Shown: piece by piece, positions 1-8,516 of the stretch
Position numbering within the stretch: the stretch's first letter is position 1
Layout of the letters: every line of letters begins with the position of its first letter
Made by a program: the position numbers and the translations under genes
The notes under the pieces: model-generated
Told to the model about the DNA's origin: nothing
Databases searched by the model: none
The model's input: only the letters and a program-made list of their open reading frames with translations
DNA from: Promethearchaeota archaeon
Lineage (GTDB): Archaea > Asgardarchaeota > Lokiarchaeia > Sigyniarchaeales > SOKP01
Direction of reading: 5' to 3'
Assembly (NCBI GenBank): GCA_048938895.1
Contig: JBHLLU010000025.1
Location: 1 to 25,409 of the forward strand
Length of the DNA stretch: 25,409 nucleotides

Positions 1-1422
1 AAATATACTACTTCAGGACATAACATCAAAAATTTTTCAGGTTATCATGAAAATGGGGATGGATTTTCCTATTTCAAACCCTTCTCTCCCAATGAAGTAT
101 TTCAGATTTTAGGAAGAGCAGGAAGACCAGGATTGGATTCGATCGGTCATGGCATTATCTTAGTAAAAGATATTGAAGAGAAAATGTGGGTGGAGGATTA
201 TTATTTCAATGCCCACCAGATTAATACTCCCTTAATTCCTAAATATAGTGATCTAGTCTCAGGATTAAATAAAGTGAATATCTTAAAAGAGCAGGTCTTA
301 CTGCGGATATTCGAAGAACAGACTATCACCCTTGAGAAATTAAAGTCCTTTTTCGAAAAAACATACTTCTGGTATACCATCCAACATAAAACCAAGGATC
401 AGCAAATCCCCATCGATCAATTACTCTTGATCAAAGAAATCTCTCCCATCAATATTTTAAAACTTCATTCTGATCCAAAACAAGTCCAGTTGCTCAAGAA
501 CTATAATAATGAGATAAAAATCACAAAATGCGATAATGCTACCATCTCTGGGTATATCAAGACTGCGTTTGGGGTATATTCCTGTCAGTTCGATATCGAT
601 ACAGGAATAAAATGTTCATGCGGATTTGAAAACGGCATTTCTGATAATTTTTCGACAGAGAACAAGTTTGCTTTTGAGTTTTGCGACCATATTACTCTCT
701 TTATGCTCCATCTTATTCGGTATCCTGAACCTGGACTCCAAAGATATGTGGAAGACATCATCCCTAAAAGCATTAAGAATCAATATATCCTCAATTATCT
801 GTTTGAAAAAGGGCTCATCACGAAAAATCGAGACAATACTATCCAATGCTCCCAATTTGGTAAGTTAATTATTCGACTCTATTTATATCCCACTTCAGGA
901 GTATTAATTAGATACAAACTGGAGAATATAAAGATTGGCTCCTTCCGAGATTTAATTAAAGAAGCCTATGAAGTGCTTAAAGCAGAATTTCGAGTACGAG
1001 ACTATAAAATGCTCGATCCTATCTTGGAATGGACTGATGAGGAACCAATTGAAGAAATCTTGCACAGATACCAAATTATGACCGGCGACCTTTTCTCTGT
1101 TCGAGATGGTCTAGAAAGGATCATAACATTCATTGGAATCATTGCCCGAAACCTAAGTTCTTCAAGTTTTGATACTCATAATACCCTTGCCAATGTAGCG
1201 GAGATGTCAGAAACTTTACGAATTCGGATTCATTACGGTATTCGAGAAGAATTATTTGATTTAGTCTTGCGATTGGAAAATGTAGCAAGAGTCCGAGCAC
1301 GAGTACTATATAATGCTGGATATCATACTGCATCGCAGGTTAAAAAAGAGAGTCCCTATACTCTTAACCAGAAGACAGGATTAGGTATAAAATTGTGTAA
1401 GAAAATTTTGAAAGAGAAATAA
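1..1422 (+). CDS. hel308: Hel308/Ski2-like SF2 DNA helicase, C-terminal part (5' end outside window), with inserted SWIM-type Zn finger
   Basis: Frame 1 is open from base 1: KYTTSG...EVFQILGRAGRPGLDSIGHG contains helicase motif VI, so the track start at 133 is internal. Also present: winged-helix end 'SQFGKLIIRLYLYP', ratchet region, and domain-5 'GIREELFDLV.LENVARVRARVLYNAGY' (RAR motif). CSC...CDH at 613-690. Confidence 0.9.
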   Translation, partial: KYTTSGHNIKNFSGYHENGDGFSYFKPFSPNEVFQILGRAGRPGLDSIGHGIILVKDIEEKMWVEDYYFNAHQINTPLIPKYSDLVSGLNKVNILKEQVLLRIFEEQTITLEKLKSFFEKTYFWYTIQHKTKDQQIPIDQLLLIKEISPINILKLHSDPKQVQLLKNYNNEIKITKCDNATISGYIKTAFGVYSCQFDIDTGIKCSCGFENGISDNFSTENKFAFEFCDHITLFMLHLIRYPEPGLQRYVEDIIPKSIKNQYILNYLFEKGLITKNRDNTIQCSQFGKLIIRLYLYPTSGVLIRYKLENIKIGSFRDLIKEAYEVLKAEFRVRDYKMLDPILEWTDEEPIEEILHRYQIMTGDLFSVRDGLERIITFIGIIARNLSSSSFDTHNTLANVAEMSETLRIRIHYGIREELFDLVLRLENVARVRARVLYNAGYHTASQVKKESPYTLNQKTGLGIKLCKKILKEK

Positions 1423-1427
1423 GTAAG

Positions 1428-1739
1428 GTGAGGTTAATGGATACTCAATCAGAAGAGAATGCTCAATATAAGGGATCTGGAGCAAAGAATCGAATAAAGA
1501 AATCTAACAATACTCCTAACGGCTCTACTGAACCACTTTCCCTTCTGGAACATAGGGATGAGAATCTTTCTACCTTACACAAGATCCATGCTATTTTATT
1601 AAATTGTATTAATCTAAGTGAAAAACAAAAACTAGAATTTGCAGCCAGTCAACGATACTTCATGAAATTATACCTTAAGAAATTACGGGAGAAGTTAACA
1701 ATAGAACGAAAGGAAATACTTGGTGAGCAGAAGAATTAA
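1428..1739 (+). CDS. Hypothetical protein (103 aa, helical C-terminal half)
   Basis: ORF starts 5 nt after the helicase stop, with a GGTGAGG SD-like sequence before the in-frame ATG at 1437. No recognisable motif. Confidence 0.55.
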   Translation: MRLMDTQSEENAQYKGSGAKNRIKKSNNTPNGSTEPLSLLEHRDENLSTLHKIHAILLNCINLSEKQKLEFAASQRYFMKLYLKKLREKLTIERKEILGEQKN

Positions 1740-1887
1740 ATAATTTCCTTGCGATAATTACAGAAAATATATACAAATAGTTATACCACCATAGGAAATT
1801 CTTGATATTTGTAGTTTCAACTATAGTTTATACTTCTTAATAATATATTTTTTTTTTAAATATTCTCATCATTATACTTTAACGATT

Positions 1888-2091
1888 ATGAGTTCTAAGT
1901 CTATAAAGAAAGAGACAGTAAGTATTGAATTTGAGATAAAAGAAGGATTCCAGGTGAAGTCACTTGCCATCCCTTATTCGCTTTTTTTTAGAAATCAAGA
2001 ATCATTTATTTATTCGGGGGAAGAGAAGATCCCTTTTAAGAAACGACACTCTCGATATAAGTCGATATTGCTTAACGAGTTTAGAGATTAA
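1888..2091 (+). CDS. Small hypothetical protein (67 aa)
   Basis: ATG lies ~26 nt after a T-tract+TTTAAATA box (1848-1862). 3' end overlaps the convergent gene by 11 nt. Confidence 0.5.
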   Translation: MSSKSIKKETVSIEFEIKEGFQVKSLAIPYSLFFRNQESFIYSGEEKIPFKKRHSRYKSILLNEFRD

Positions 2092-2608
2092 TTGTATAAG
2101 AACGATCATAAATCTTTTTTAGGATCCCCTTTTTTAGGAATTCTTTCTCAAGAAGTCGTAATTCTACCTGTGGAATCTTAAATTTATCAGCCATCACGTC
2201 AAACACGTAGTCAGGGAATCTATCGTAAGTTAAAGATATTTCTTTAAGCATAGCAGTAAACTGGATCGAATAATCTTCTTGTTTCTTTTCAGATTCATTC
2301 TGTTCAGCCTCTTCAAACTGAGAGGAAAATCCCGTAATCCTAAAATCGGTCATTGCTCTGAATTCTGGAGTATTTCCTAATTCGGATATGGCAAATTCAT
2401 TTTGTTTTTTTTTAACTTCCTCAACCGCACTAGTCATCCCCTTAACAATCTTTCCTGAATCTAAAATATCTGATACGATATGATTCTGTCCACATCGCAA
2501 ACATTTCTTTCCCTTCTGGGTAGTTTTTACATACATATATTGGCTACACTTCCTGCATGTAAAGATTAGATAGGGAGTCTCATCCTTCTTAAAAGTGGCT
2601 TCTTCCAT
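2081..2608 (-). CDS. Zn-ribbon protein (DUF1922-like N-terminus) with probable C-terminal winged helix
   Basis: YLIFTCRKC...KKCLRCG has two CxxC pairs. C-terminus 'LLEKEFLKKGILKKIYDRSYTI' resembles a wHTH end. Starts 3 nt after the hef stop. Confidence 0.7.
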   Translation of the reverse strand: MEEATFKKDETPYLIFTCRKCSQYMYVKTTQKGKKCLRCGQNHIVSDILDSGKIVKGMTSAVEEVKKKQNEFAISELGNTPEFRAMTDFRITGFSSQFEEAEQNESEKKQEDYSIQFTAMLKEISLTYDRFPDYVFDVMADKFKIPQVELRLLEKEFLKKGILKKIYDRSYTINL

Positions 2609-2611
2609 AGG

Positions 2612-4708
2612 TTAACCTACCTCTTTTTTGGTTTCTAAAATACTTTGGATAATAAAATAGACTTCCTCTTCATTATAAATGGGGAGAATCTGAATCCCTA
2701 AATCTAAATTCATTTTTTGGAGGTGAGATTGCAATTTATGCTTTTCTCCGGCATGCTGTTCCTCAAAATCAATAAAGTCCACCAGAACAATTAGTAATTT
2801 GCAAATCTCCTTTAAGTCGGAAATTTCTCCCGTAGAAGAAATAAAATCTCGAGGGTTATACACTTGGAGTAACACTTTATTTTGAATGGTTATATGTAAA
2901 TCAGAATCGACCACAGAAAACGATATGTTAGCTTGTCGTAATTTTTTTCTCAAACCAAGCTTCATAGGAAGAGATTTACCTAGTTTGATATCTGGTTCTT
3001 TACGTATAGGAGGTGGGGAAGGTCCGGTAAACATTTCTAGACTTGCTTGAGGGGGAGATCGTAATGTAGGGCTAATACGTTCAAGAATTTTTATACTTTC
3101 TTCAGTTTTTGATGTAAACTTCAAATCAGATTCCTTGTTAAGCTGTTGAGGAGATTTTAAGTTTGTATTCATCTTTTTAAGTTTATTTAATGCAATATGG
3201 AGGTATATCTCATCGTGCGTTCCTTTACAGTATAATATGATAACCTTTCCTTCTCGATGTCGAGCAGTTCTTCCTTTTCTCTGGATAAGTCGAATTTCGG
3301 AAGCGACTACATCATAAAACACCACCAGATCACACTCAGCAATATCTAATCCTTCTTCTCCTACATTTGTTGATACCAATACATTATATATTCCCTTTCT
3401 GAACTCTTCTAAAATCTCGATCTGCATTTTCTGGGAAAGGCCTTTATCATCCTCAGATTTCGTCGCTTGTCCTACAAATCGAATGGGGTGGATCCCCTCA
3501 ACTTCGCTCAATCTTTTTACAATGGTTTTTAATGAGTCTCGTAGCTTTACAAACACTAAGATACGAGCTTCAGGTCTAATGGTTAGTTCGTCAGTCAGTA
3601 CTTTGTGAAGTATGTGATATTTAGGATGAATAAGGTTTTCTGGAGAAAGATCTTCATTTTTCTTCAGCTCAATAAAGACACGATGAATTCTCGAATCAGA
3701 GGCGAGTATTTTTACTGCCTTGGAGCTCGCTTTTTTCTTTTGATCTCTCCTTAATTTTTCTAGATAAATAAGCAAAACATCTAATCCTTGTTGTTCTATT
3801 AATTCTAACATATGATATACAATTAATGCCTGAGCATTGATCGATAATGCACTATAGACCCCTGTCTTATCAGTACTACTTTTAAGAATGCTTACTAATT
3901 CTTTATTTAGTCTTAGTAAGTCTTTTCGAAAGACTTTTTCGTGCAGTAGATCTGCCTTTCCATCTAGAAATCCAAGTTGCGAAAGATAATGAAGACGTTC
4001 CTCTAAGACAGAGGTCAAGACCGAATAGGTTTCAGCCATTAATCCAGTAAGATTTACTCCGATCTTATAAATATTCATAGGTTTCAAATAACTTTTCACA
4101 TCCTCATCTTTTCGAGTCCTGATATGAATATTTTCTAAAGGAATATGCAGACTGGTACATAATTGAGCAATCTTCTTCTTCGATGCCCCCGGAGATGCGG
4201 TAAGTGCAAGCGTTGTCCCATCAGGATTTTGCTCCGAATATTCATCTGCAATCATAATATAGGCATATTCTCCCGAAGCGTGATGTGCCTCATCAAAGAT
4301 GATAAGAGCAGTATCTTCAAGAGTATAACGCCTACTCACTAAATCGTTTCGAAGCGTTTGAGGAGTGTAAAATAAGATTTGGTTATGGTGGTATAATTCA
4401 GTTCTTTTTTCAGGAAGTGTTTTTCCGGTAAGTACCACAAAATTATCTTCAGGAATGTTTAAAAATTTGAGGAAGGTATCATAATGTTGATTGATAAGAG
4501 GACGCGTGGGTGCCAACACGATGATTTTGCTTTCAGGGGGAAATAGTTCAAGTGCCTTCTTTGCAACCAATACCGCTATAATTGTTTTTCCCAGCCCTGT
4601 AGGTAGCACCACGAGTGAATTTTTATTTATACAAAAGTTCGCAATGGCAACCTGATACTCTCGTACCTCTAATTCTGATATATGGTCTGAATCATCAACC
4701 ACACTCAC
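2612..4708 (-). CDS. hef: Hef/FANCM/Mph1-family DEAH helicase with degenerate C-terminal ERCC4-like domain
   Basis: Motifs: REYQ (Q), LPTGLGKT (I), APTRPLINQH (Ia), TPQ, FDEAHHA (II), LTASPG (III), RFVGQA...GLSQK.Q, STNVGEEGLDI (V), IQRKGRTAR (VI). GTG start overlaps the upstream TGA (GTGA). Confidence 0.93.
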   Translation of the reverse strand: MSVVDDSDHISELEVREYQVAIANFCINKNSLVVLPTGLGKTIIAVLVAKKALELFPPESKIIVLAPTRPLINQHYDTFLKFLNIPEDNFVVLTGKTLPEKRTELYHHNQILFYTPQTLRNDLVSRRYTLEDTALIIFDEAHHASGEYAYIMIADEYSEQNPDGTTLALTASPGASKKKIAQLCTSLHIPLENIHIRTRKDEDVKSYLKPMNIYKIGVNLTGLMAETYSVLTSVLEERLHYLSQLGFLDGKADLLHEKVFRKDLLRLNKELVSILKSSTDKTGVYSALSINAQALIVYHMLELIEQQGLDVLLIYLEKLRRDQKKKASSKAVKILASDSRIHRVFIELKKNEDLSPENLIHPKYHILHKVLTDELTIRPEARILVFVKLRDSLKTIVKRLSEVEGIHPIRFVGQATKSEDDKGLSQKMQIEILEEFRKGIYNVLVSTNVGEEGLDIAECDLVVFYDVVASEIRLIQRKGRTARHREGKVIILYCKGTHDEIYLHIALNKLKKMNTNLKSPQQLNKESDLKFTSKTEESIKILERISPTLRSPPQASLEMFTGPSPPPIRKEPDIKLGKSLPMKLGLRKKLRQANISFSVVDSDLHITIQNKVLLQVYNPRDFISSTGEISDLKEICKLLIVLVDFIDFEEQHAGEKHKLQSHLQKMNLDLGIQILPIYNEEEVYFIIQSILETKKEVG

Positions 4709-5292
4709 TCAATCCTCACCTCACAATCCTCTAGCTGGAGCATATCGATCGTTTTATTACTTTTTTTATAGGATAGAAGCAACGCTCCTAATTTTTGCGC
4801 AAATTCCGAGGGGTATAACACTCCATTTTGGCGCAAAAAGAGAAAAGGATAATAATTACAAAGATTTTTAACATTACTAAGCAGATCGGTTCCATTGGTG
4901 TCTACGTCAAACCCTTTTCCTTTCTTTACAAACTTAAACAGATATATAATATCACTCAATAAGTTAGTATCGACTTTTTTCATTCTGAGTTTTCTTGGAA
5001 TAGAACTAAGGGTAGGATTTTTCTCAGGAATAAGGTACACCTGATTATTGATAATTTTTTTCTCGAGCATGTATCCATCCATAATATGGATAAACAGATC
5101 CTGAAAACGTAAAAGTAATGACAGCAATTCATCTGCTTCTGAAGAACTTAGTTTTAAGAACTGTGCTAATTTTTCGAAGTTCAATCGTTTTTCATACCCT
5201 TCTGAAAATTTCTCGAGGACGTCAATGAATTGATGTAGCAATCGTAGTTTCTGATTACTTTTAATCTGATCCAAACTCTGATCTGCTGCCAT
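4705..5292 (-). CDS. Hypothetical protein, possibly tandem winged-helix; first gene of the hef operon
   Basis: 195-aa ORF translationally coupled to hef. HTH-like 'FEKLAQFLKLSSSEADELLSLL' and wing-like 'NGVLYPSEFAQKL'. AGGTG SD upstream. Confidence 0.65.
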   Translation of the reverse strand: MAADQSLDQIKSNQKLRLLHQFIDVLEKFSEGYEKRLNFEKLAQFLKLSSSEADELLSLLLRFQDLFIHIMDGYMLEKKIINNQVYLIPEKNPTLSSIPRKLRMKKVDTNLLSDIIYLFKFVKKGKGFDVDTNGTDLLSNVKNLCNYYPFLFLRQNGVLYPSEFAQKLGALLLSYKKSNKTIDMLQLEDCEVRIE

Positions 5293-5314
5293 TACACCTT
5301 ATTTTTGTCGAAGT

Positions 5315-5329
5315 TATAAAAAGAAAAAA
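5315..5329 (-). promoter_or_regulatory. T-tract/TATA promoter motif (TTTTTTCTTTTTATA) for the hef operon
   Basis: Anchor C is 31 nt from ATG 5292. Confidence 0.65.
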
Positions 5330-5340
5330 TTTACAAAAAA

Positions 5341-6852
5341 TTAAAGGGATTGAATAGTCGTTTTAATATAACTTTCAATTTTATTAACCACTTCTGTAAG
5401 ACTGATTCCATTGTTCTCTTCTTTATTAATACTTAATAATACTCTTCGAATGACTTCAAGCGAATAATAAAGTATCTTTGAAAGATAAAATTGGTTTTTG
5501 GCAAGTTTCTTCTGCTGTGTTGCTAACACCATTTGATTATCAAGGACCATGGTTAACGGATCTTTAAGTGAGGGTTTTGATTCCTCTAGGCTTTTATAAG
5601 CAGATAGTTCTTTTGCCCTCTGATCCAACATCCATGTGAGGTTTTTGAGGTCAATCGAGACATGGTTTAACGGTCGAATGAGTGCGATAATAATCCCTCC
5701 CACCAAAATAATTTGCCAGAGTAGAAAGATCTGAGAATAAGAATTCACAAACCTACGATAGAGAAAACCACACATGGCTATACCCACGCTTCTTCCTATA
5801 AGTCCGCTTAAGTTTCCAAGAGAAAATGCGACCGAACGTACTTCAGGAAGATTGATATCTCCCAAGATAGAATATGTAATAGAAAGGGTTGAGGAAGTCA
5901 TAAACGAAAATACCATGAGAAGACCAATAAAAAGGGGAATGGACACAGGGCTTATGGCATAGGCCGTGATTGAAAATCCCGAACCAAGTACTATGGTAAA
6001 TAGCAGAGTGATGATTTTTCCATTAGTTCTTTTCTGATATGCGCTGTCTGCTTTCTTTCCCCATAAAGAGACTCCAAATAATTGAGGAATAAAGACCATA
6101 ATTTGGGTGATCATTGCATTAAAGGGAGTAAAACTTGCATCTGTCCGTAGAAAGGTTACAAAGTAGAAGGTTATCGTACCGACAACAAAATCATGAATAA
6201 AAAAAAGTACTATAAGATTAATATTAGTGGTTGTTTTCGAGAATTTATTCAATTCTATTAGCCCTAAACGATAGTTATAGTCATTTTCAGCATTTCCCCT
6301 TTGAGGAACAGGTACAGAAATAAGTAAGAAGGTGGTTACAATCGAGACCAGAAATAAGATAAATACAAGTAGTCTCCATGAGATCGCTCCTAAAAACAAT
6401 CCAAATAACATAATACCTGCCCCCGTGCCTAGAAACAAAGCCATTCCCAATAAGGCAATGGAATTGGTTCTATTTTCTGAGGGAGAAAGGTCAACGATGA
6501 TTGAGTTGGTAAGAGGTAATAGAGCACCAAATCCGATGGCAGAAATCATCCTCGAAAGAAAAAACGGAATTAGGTCTACTGAGATACAGGTTATAAAGAG
6601 CCCACAAGAATAGAAACATAAGGAAACCACGAGTAGTTTTTTTCGAGGGTAAAAATTTTCAAGGTACGCCCATAGAAATGAAAGAATTCCAGAAAAAAGT
6701 AAAAAGAATGAATGTGTTATTCCCACCACACTGACAGATAACGATAAGCTGTCGGTTATGTCGATGATCAATGGTCCGAATACCGAAACTGATGCCCATT
6801 CTACGATAGTGAGTAAAAATAGAACTATGAAAGTAACTCTATATTTCATCAT
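5341..6852 (-). CDS. MFS transporter (about 12 TM) with ~100-aa soluble C-terminal helical tail
   Basis: MFS patterns 'WAYLENFYPRKKLL' (degenerate motif A), 'SRMISAIGFG', 'DLSPSENRT', 'DINLPEVRSVA'; two hydrophobic 6-helix halves. Confidence 0.88.
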   Translation of the reverse strand: MMKYRVTFIVLFLLTIVEWASVSVFGPLIIDITDSLSLSVSVVGITHSFFLLFSGILSFLWAYLENFYPRKKLLVVSLCFYSCGLFITCISVDLIPFFLSRMISAIGFGALLPLTNSIIVDLSPSENRTNSIALLGMALFLGTGAGIMLFGLFLGAISWRLLVFILFLVSIVTTFLLISVPVPQRGNAENDYNYRLGLIELNKFSKTTTNINLIVLFFIHDFVVGTITFYFVTFLRTDASFTPFNAMITQIMVFIPQLFGVSLWGKKADSAYQKRTNGKIITLLFTIVLGSGFSITAYAISPVSIPLFIGLLMVFSFMTSSTLSITYSILGDINLPEVRSVAFSLGNLSGLIGRSVGIAMCGFLYRRFVNSYSQIFLLWQIILVGGIIIALIRPLNHVSIDLKNLTWMLDQRAKELSAYKSLEESKPSLKDPLTMVLDNQMVLATQQKKLAKNQFYLSKILYYSLEVIRRVLLSINKEENNGISLTEVVNKIESYIKTTIQSL

Positions 6853-6873
6853 AAATTACAAAGAAGTTCAGGA

Positions 6874-6900
6874 TTTTTAAAGGAAAATTTAAAGAAAAAA
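6874..6900 (-). promoter_or_regulatory. Two T-tract/TATA motifs (TTTTTTCTTTAAATT; TTTTCCTTTAAAAA) for the MFS gene
   Basis: Anchor Cs are 42 and 30 nt from ATG 6852; could also be terminator tracts of the upstream TFB-like gene. Confidence 0.5.
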
Positions 6901-6922
6901 GAAAAAAAATGAAAAGAAGGAA

Positions 6923-8143
6923 TTATCCTACTCCTGGAGGATCTTTTCCCAGATGATAATTTCTCAATATCAGCTCAAACCATAACATAGGAGCTTTTCT
7001 TTTAAGCTGTGGTTTGTAGCTAATGGTATTATGTACTTCTAAATAACAAACAGAGAGAATATTCGAACCGATATATGGATCTACAATGCCAAATAAATAA
7101 TCATCATTTTCAAGAGTAAATACTTGCCTTGCATTCCCAAATTCAAGTTCAATTCGCTCCTCACCTTCTTCTCGTTCTTTAACAACTTCTTCTTCAAATT
7201 CTATAACGTTTAATTCAACCATAATGCTTTTAATCATTTCAGAAGAGCGAACTAATGTGGTAAATCCTTCTACCTGATAACGATCAAACAGTCGATTTTT
7301 TACCTGTTGTTGGATAGTACTCATTCTAATGTCAAGTAATTCACAAATTGAATTAATTTTTATTTCTTCTTTATACTCACAGAGCGCGGTAATTGACGCA
7401 CACAATCCCGCGATAACGTTATCAGTAGTATTTTTGATCCCGTCCCAGAGCCGATATAGTACTTTCTTAGAGAGGAAGTAAAAGGGCATCCCGAGGTCAA
7501 AATAATTAGTAATTTCTAATAATTTTTGAGAGATATATTTCTGTCTATTTCTTACTGCATAGTTCGGGAAATATGCTTTTATTTGCAGATAGAAGTTATT
7601 AAATTCTTTCTTAGTAAGGTCCGTGATATTTAAAATATCTGAGAGAGGTACTGAGATGATATCAAGTTTAAACCTAAAATAGAGAATAATGGCCACCAGT
7701 TTTTCTACATTTCTAAATTTCGTACCGGGAGCAAATTGAGCTCGAATACTTTTAAAATTGTCTAGAGCTTTTTGTTTTACAGACTCATACTCTTCCAATC
7801 CAAGGCTACTTAAAATCCGTGCAATTTCCCTTTGAGCCTTTATTTCTACGATCTTTTCATTGTCAGTTACTTTGTTGTAGTTATTCAAACGTCTTAAGAC
7901 TCTAAAATGAGGAGAGAGTTGCCGTTCTCTTTTGTTCCCAATCTGAGTATTATGTGCTTTTCGAGCATATTGAAGAACATCATAGTTATAGGGGCGATTA
8001 TACTGGAGTTTCTGTATTTTCAGTACGACAGCACATTCTCTACATACGTATCCCTCAGTTGTTTCAATAATTTCGGTAGAATCACACACATCACAGCGAA
8101 GAGTGGTCTGTGCTACTACTACCGAAGTTTTTTCTATCGTCAT
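6923..8143 (-). CDS. Divergent TFB/TFIIB-like protein (Zn ribbon + two cyclin-like repeats + acidic/extra C-terminal region)
   Basis: CDVC-x14-YVCRECAVV Zn ribbon; linker 'VLRRLNNYN'; repeat 1 'EIARILSSLGL...KLVAIILYF...VPLSDIL'; repeat 2 HTH 'IKINSICELLDIRMSTIQQQVK'. Confidence 0.75.
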   Translation of the reverse strand: MTIEKTSVVVAQTTLRCDVCDSTEIIETTEGYVCRECAVVLKIQKLQYNRPYNYDVLQYARKAHNTQIGNKRERQLSPHFRVLRRLNNYNKVTDNEKIVEIKAQREIARILSSLGLEEYESVKQKALDNFKSIRAQFAPGTKFRNVEKLVAIILYFRFKLDIISVPLSDILNITDLTKKEFNNFYLQIKAYFPNYAVRNRQKYISQKLLEITNYFDLGMPFYFLSKKVLYRLWDGIKNTTDNVIAGLCASITALCEYKEEIKINSICELLDIRMSTIQQQVKNRLFDRYQVEGFTTLVRSSEMIKSIMVELNVIEFEEEVVKEREEGEERIELEFGNARQVFTLENDDYLFGIVDPYIGSNILSVCYLEVHNTISYKPQLKRKAPMLWFELILRNYHLGKDPPGVG

Positions 8144-8200
8144 TTTTTTTGATCACTATTTTTTCTATTTTCACTAAGAAAGTTTTGTGACGGTGTTTGC

Positions 8201-8216
8201 TTTTTAAACCTTACGG
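8201..8216 (-). promoter_or_regulatory. Candidate conventional BRE-TATA for the TFB-like gene (CCGTAAGG-TTTAAAAA)
   Basis: TATA-like box preceded by a purine-containing BRE-like stretch ~60 nt upstream of ATG 8143; AGTGATC SD-like site near the start. Confidence 0.4.
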
Positions 8217-8354
8217 TTGAGATCGATATTTGTGCGTAGGGACTTTCTATCGCCCGATTCAAATTTAGATCTAACTATAAAAACCCCACTTTTTTCATTT
8301 CATTTATCATTGACATTTTTGTACATATTAAAAGAATCGAGCATGGATGACGCA

Positions 8355-8437
8355 CTTCTGATCTATCTTCCGGAATAGCCCTAACTTTTTTCAGGGAGCT
8401 TTTCCAGATGATATAGTCGATATGGAGAGATCAGGAG
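8355..8437. other. Extended imperfect stem-loop in divergent intergenic region
   Basis: CTTCTGATCT (8355-8364) pairs with AGATCAGGAG (8428-8437), one G-U pair. Inner arm 8365-8382 pairs imperfectly with 8393-8412. Confidence 0.45.
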
Positions 8438-8480
8438 AAAATGTACATTTGTGTAAAAAATCGGAAACATGGATGTAAAT

Positions 8481-8495
8481 TTTTTTCTTTATAAA
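8481..8495 (+). promoter_or_regulatory. T-tract/TATA promoter motif (TTTTTTCTTTATAAA) for the protease-RadB-like operon
   Basis: Anchor C is 30 nt from ATG 8517; divergent intergenic region, so not a terminator. Confidence 0.7.
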
Positions 8496-8516
8496 GGGTG
8501 AGAGAATTAGAATGAT

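Noticed and set aside
133-135. ORF-track start of the first gene
   Set aside because: The frame is open to base 1 and includes helicase motif VI upstream; TTG 133 is an internal Leu.
420-790. Intein as the explanation for the Hel308 insertion
   Set aside because: No intein terminal signature (HN followed by C/S/T) or LAGLIDADG motif; the Cys/His pattern fits SWIM.
201-1333. Short ORFs at 201, 585, 616, 626 and 1139
   Set aside because: Shadow ORFs inside hel308 with no motifs.
5774-8152. Plus-strand ORFs at 5774, 6332 and 7907
   Set aside because: Antisense to the MFS and TFB-like genes.
8341-8440. SECIS, C/D-box sRNA or hammerhead ribozyme interpretation of the hairpin
   Set aside because: Not in a 3' UTR and no in-frame TGA selenoprotein seen nearby; no complete C/D box set; no CUGAUGA core.
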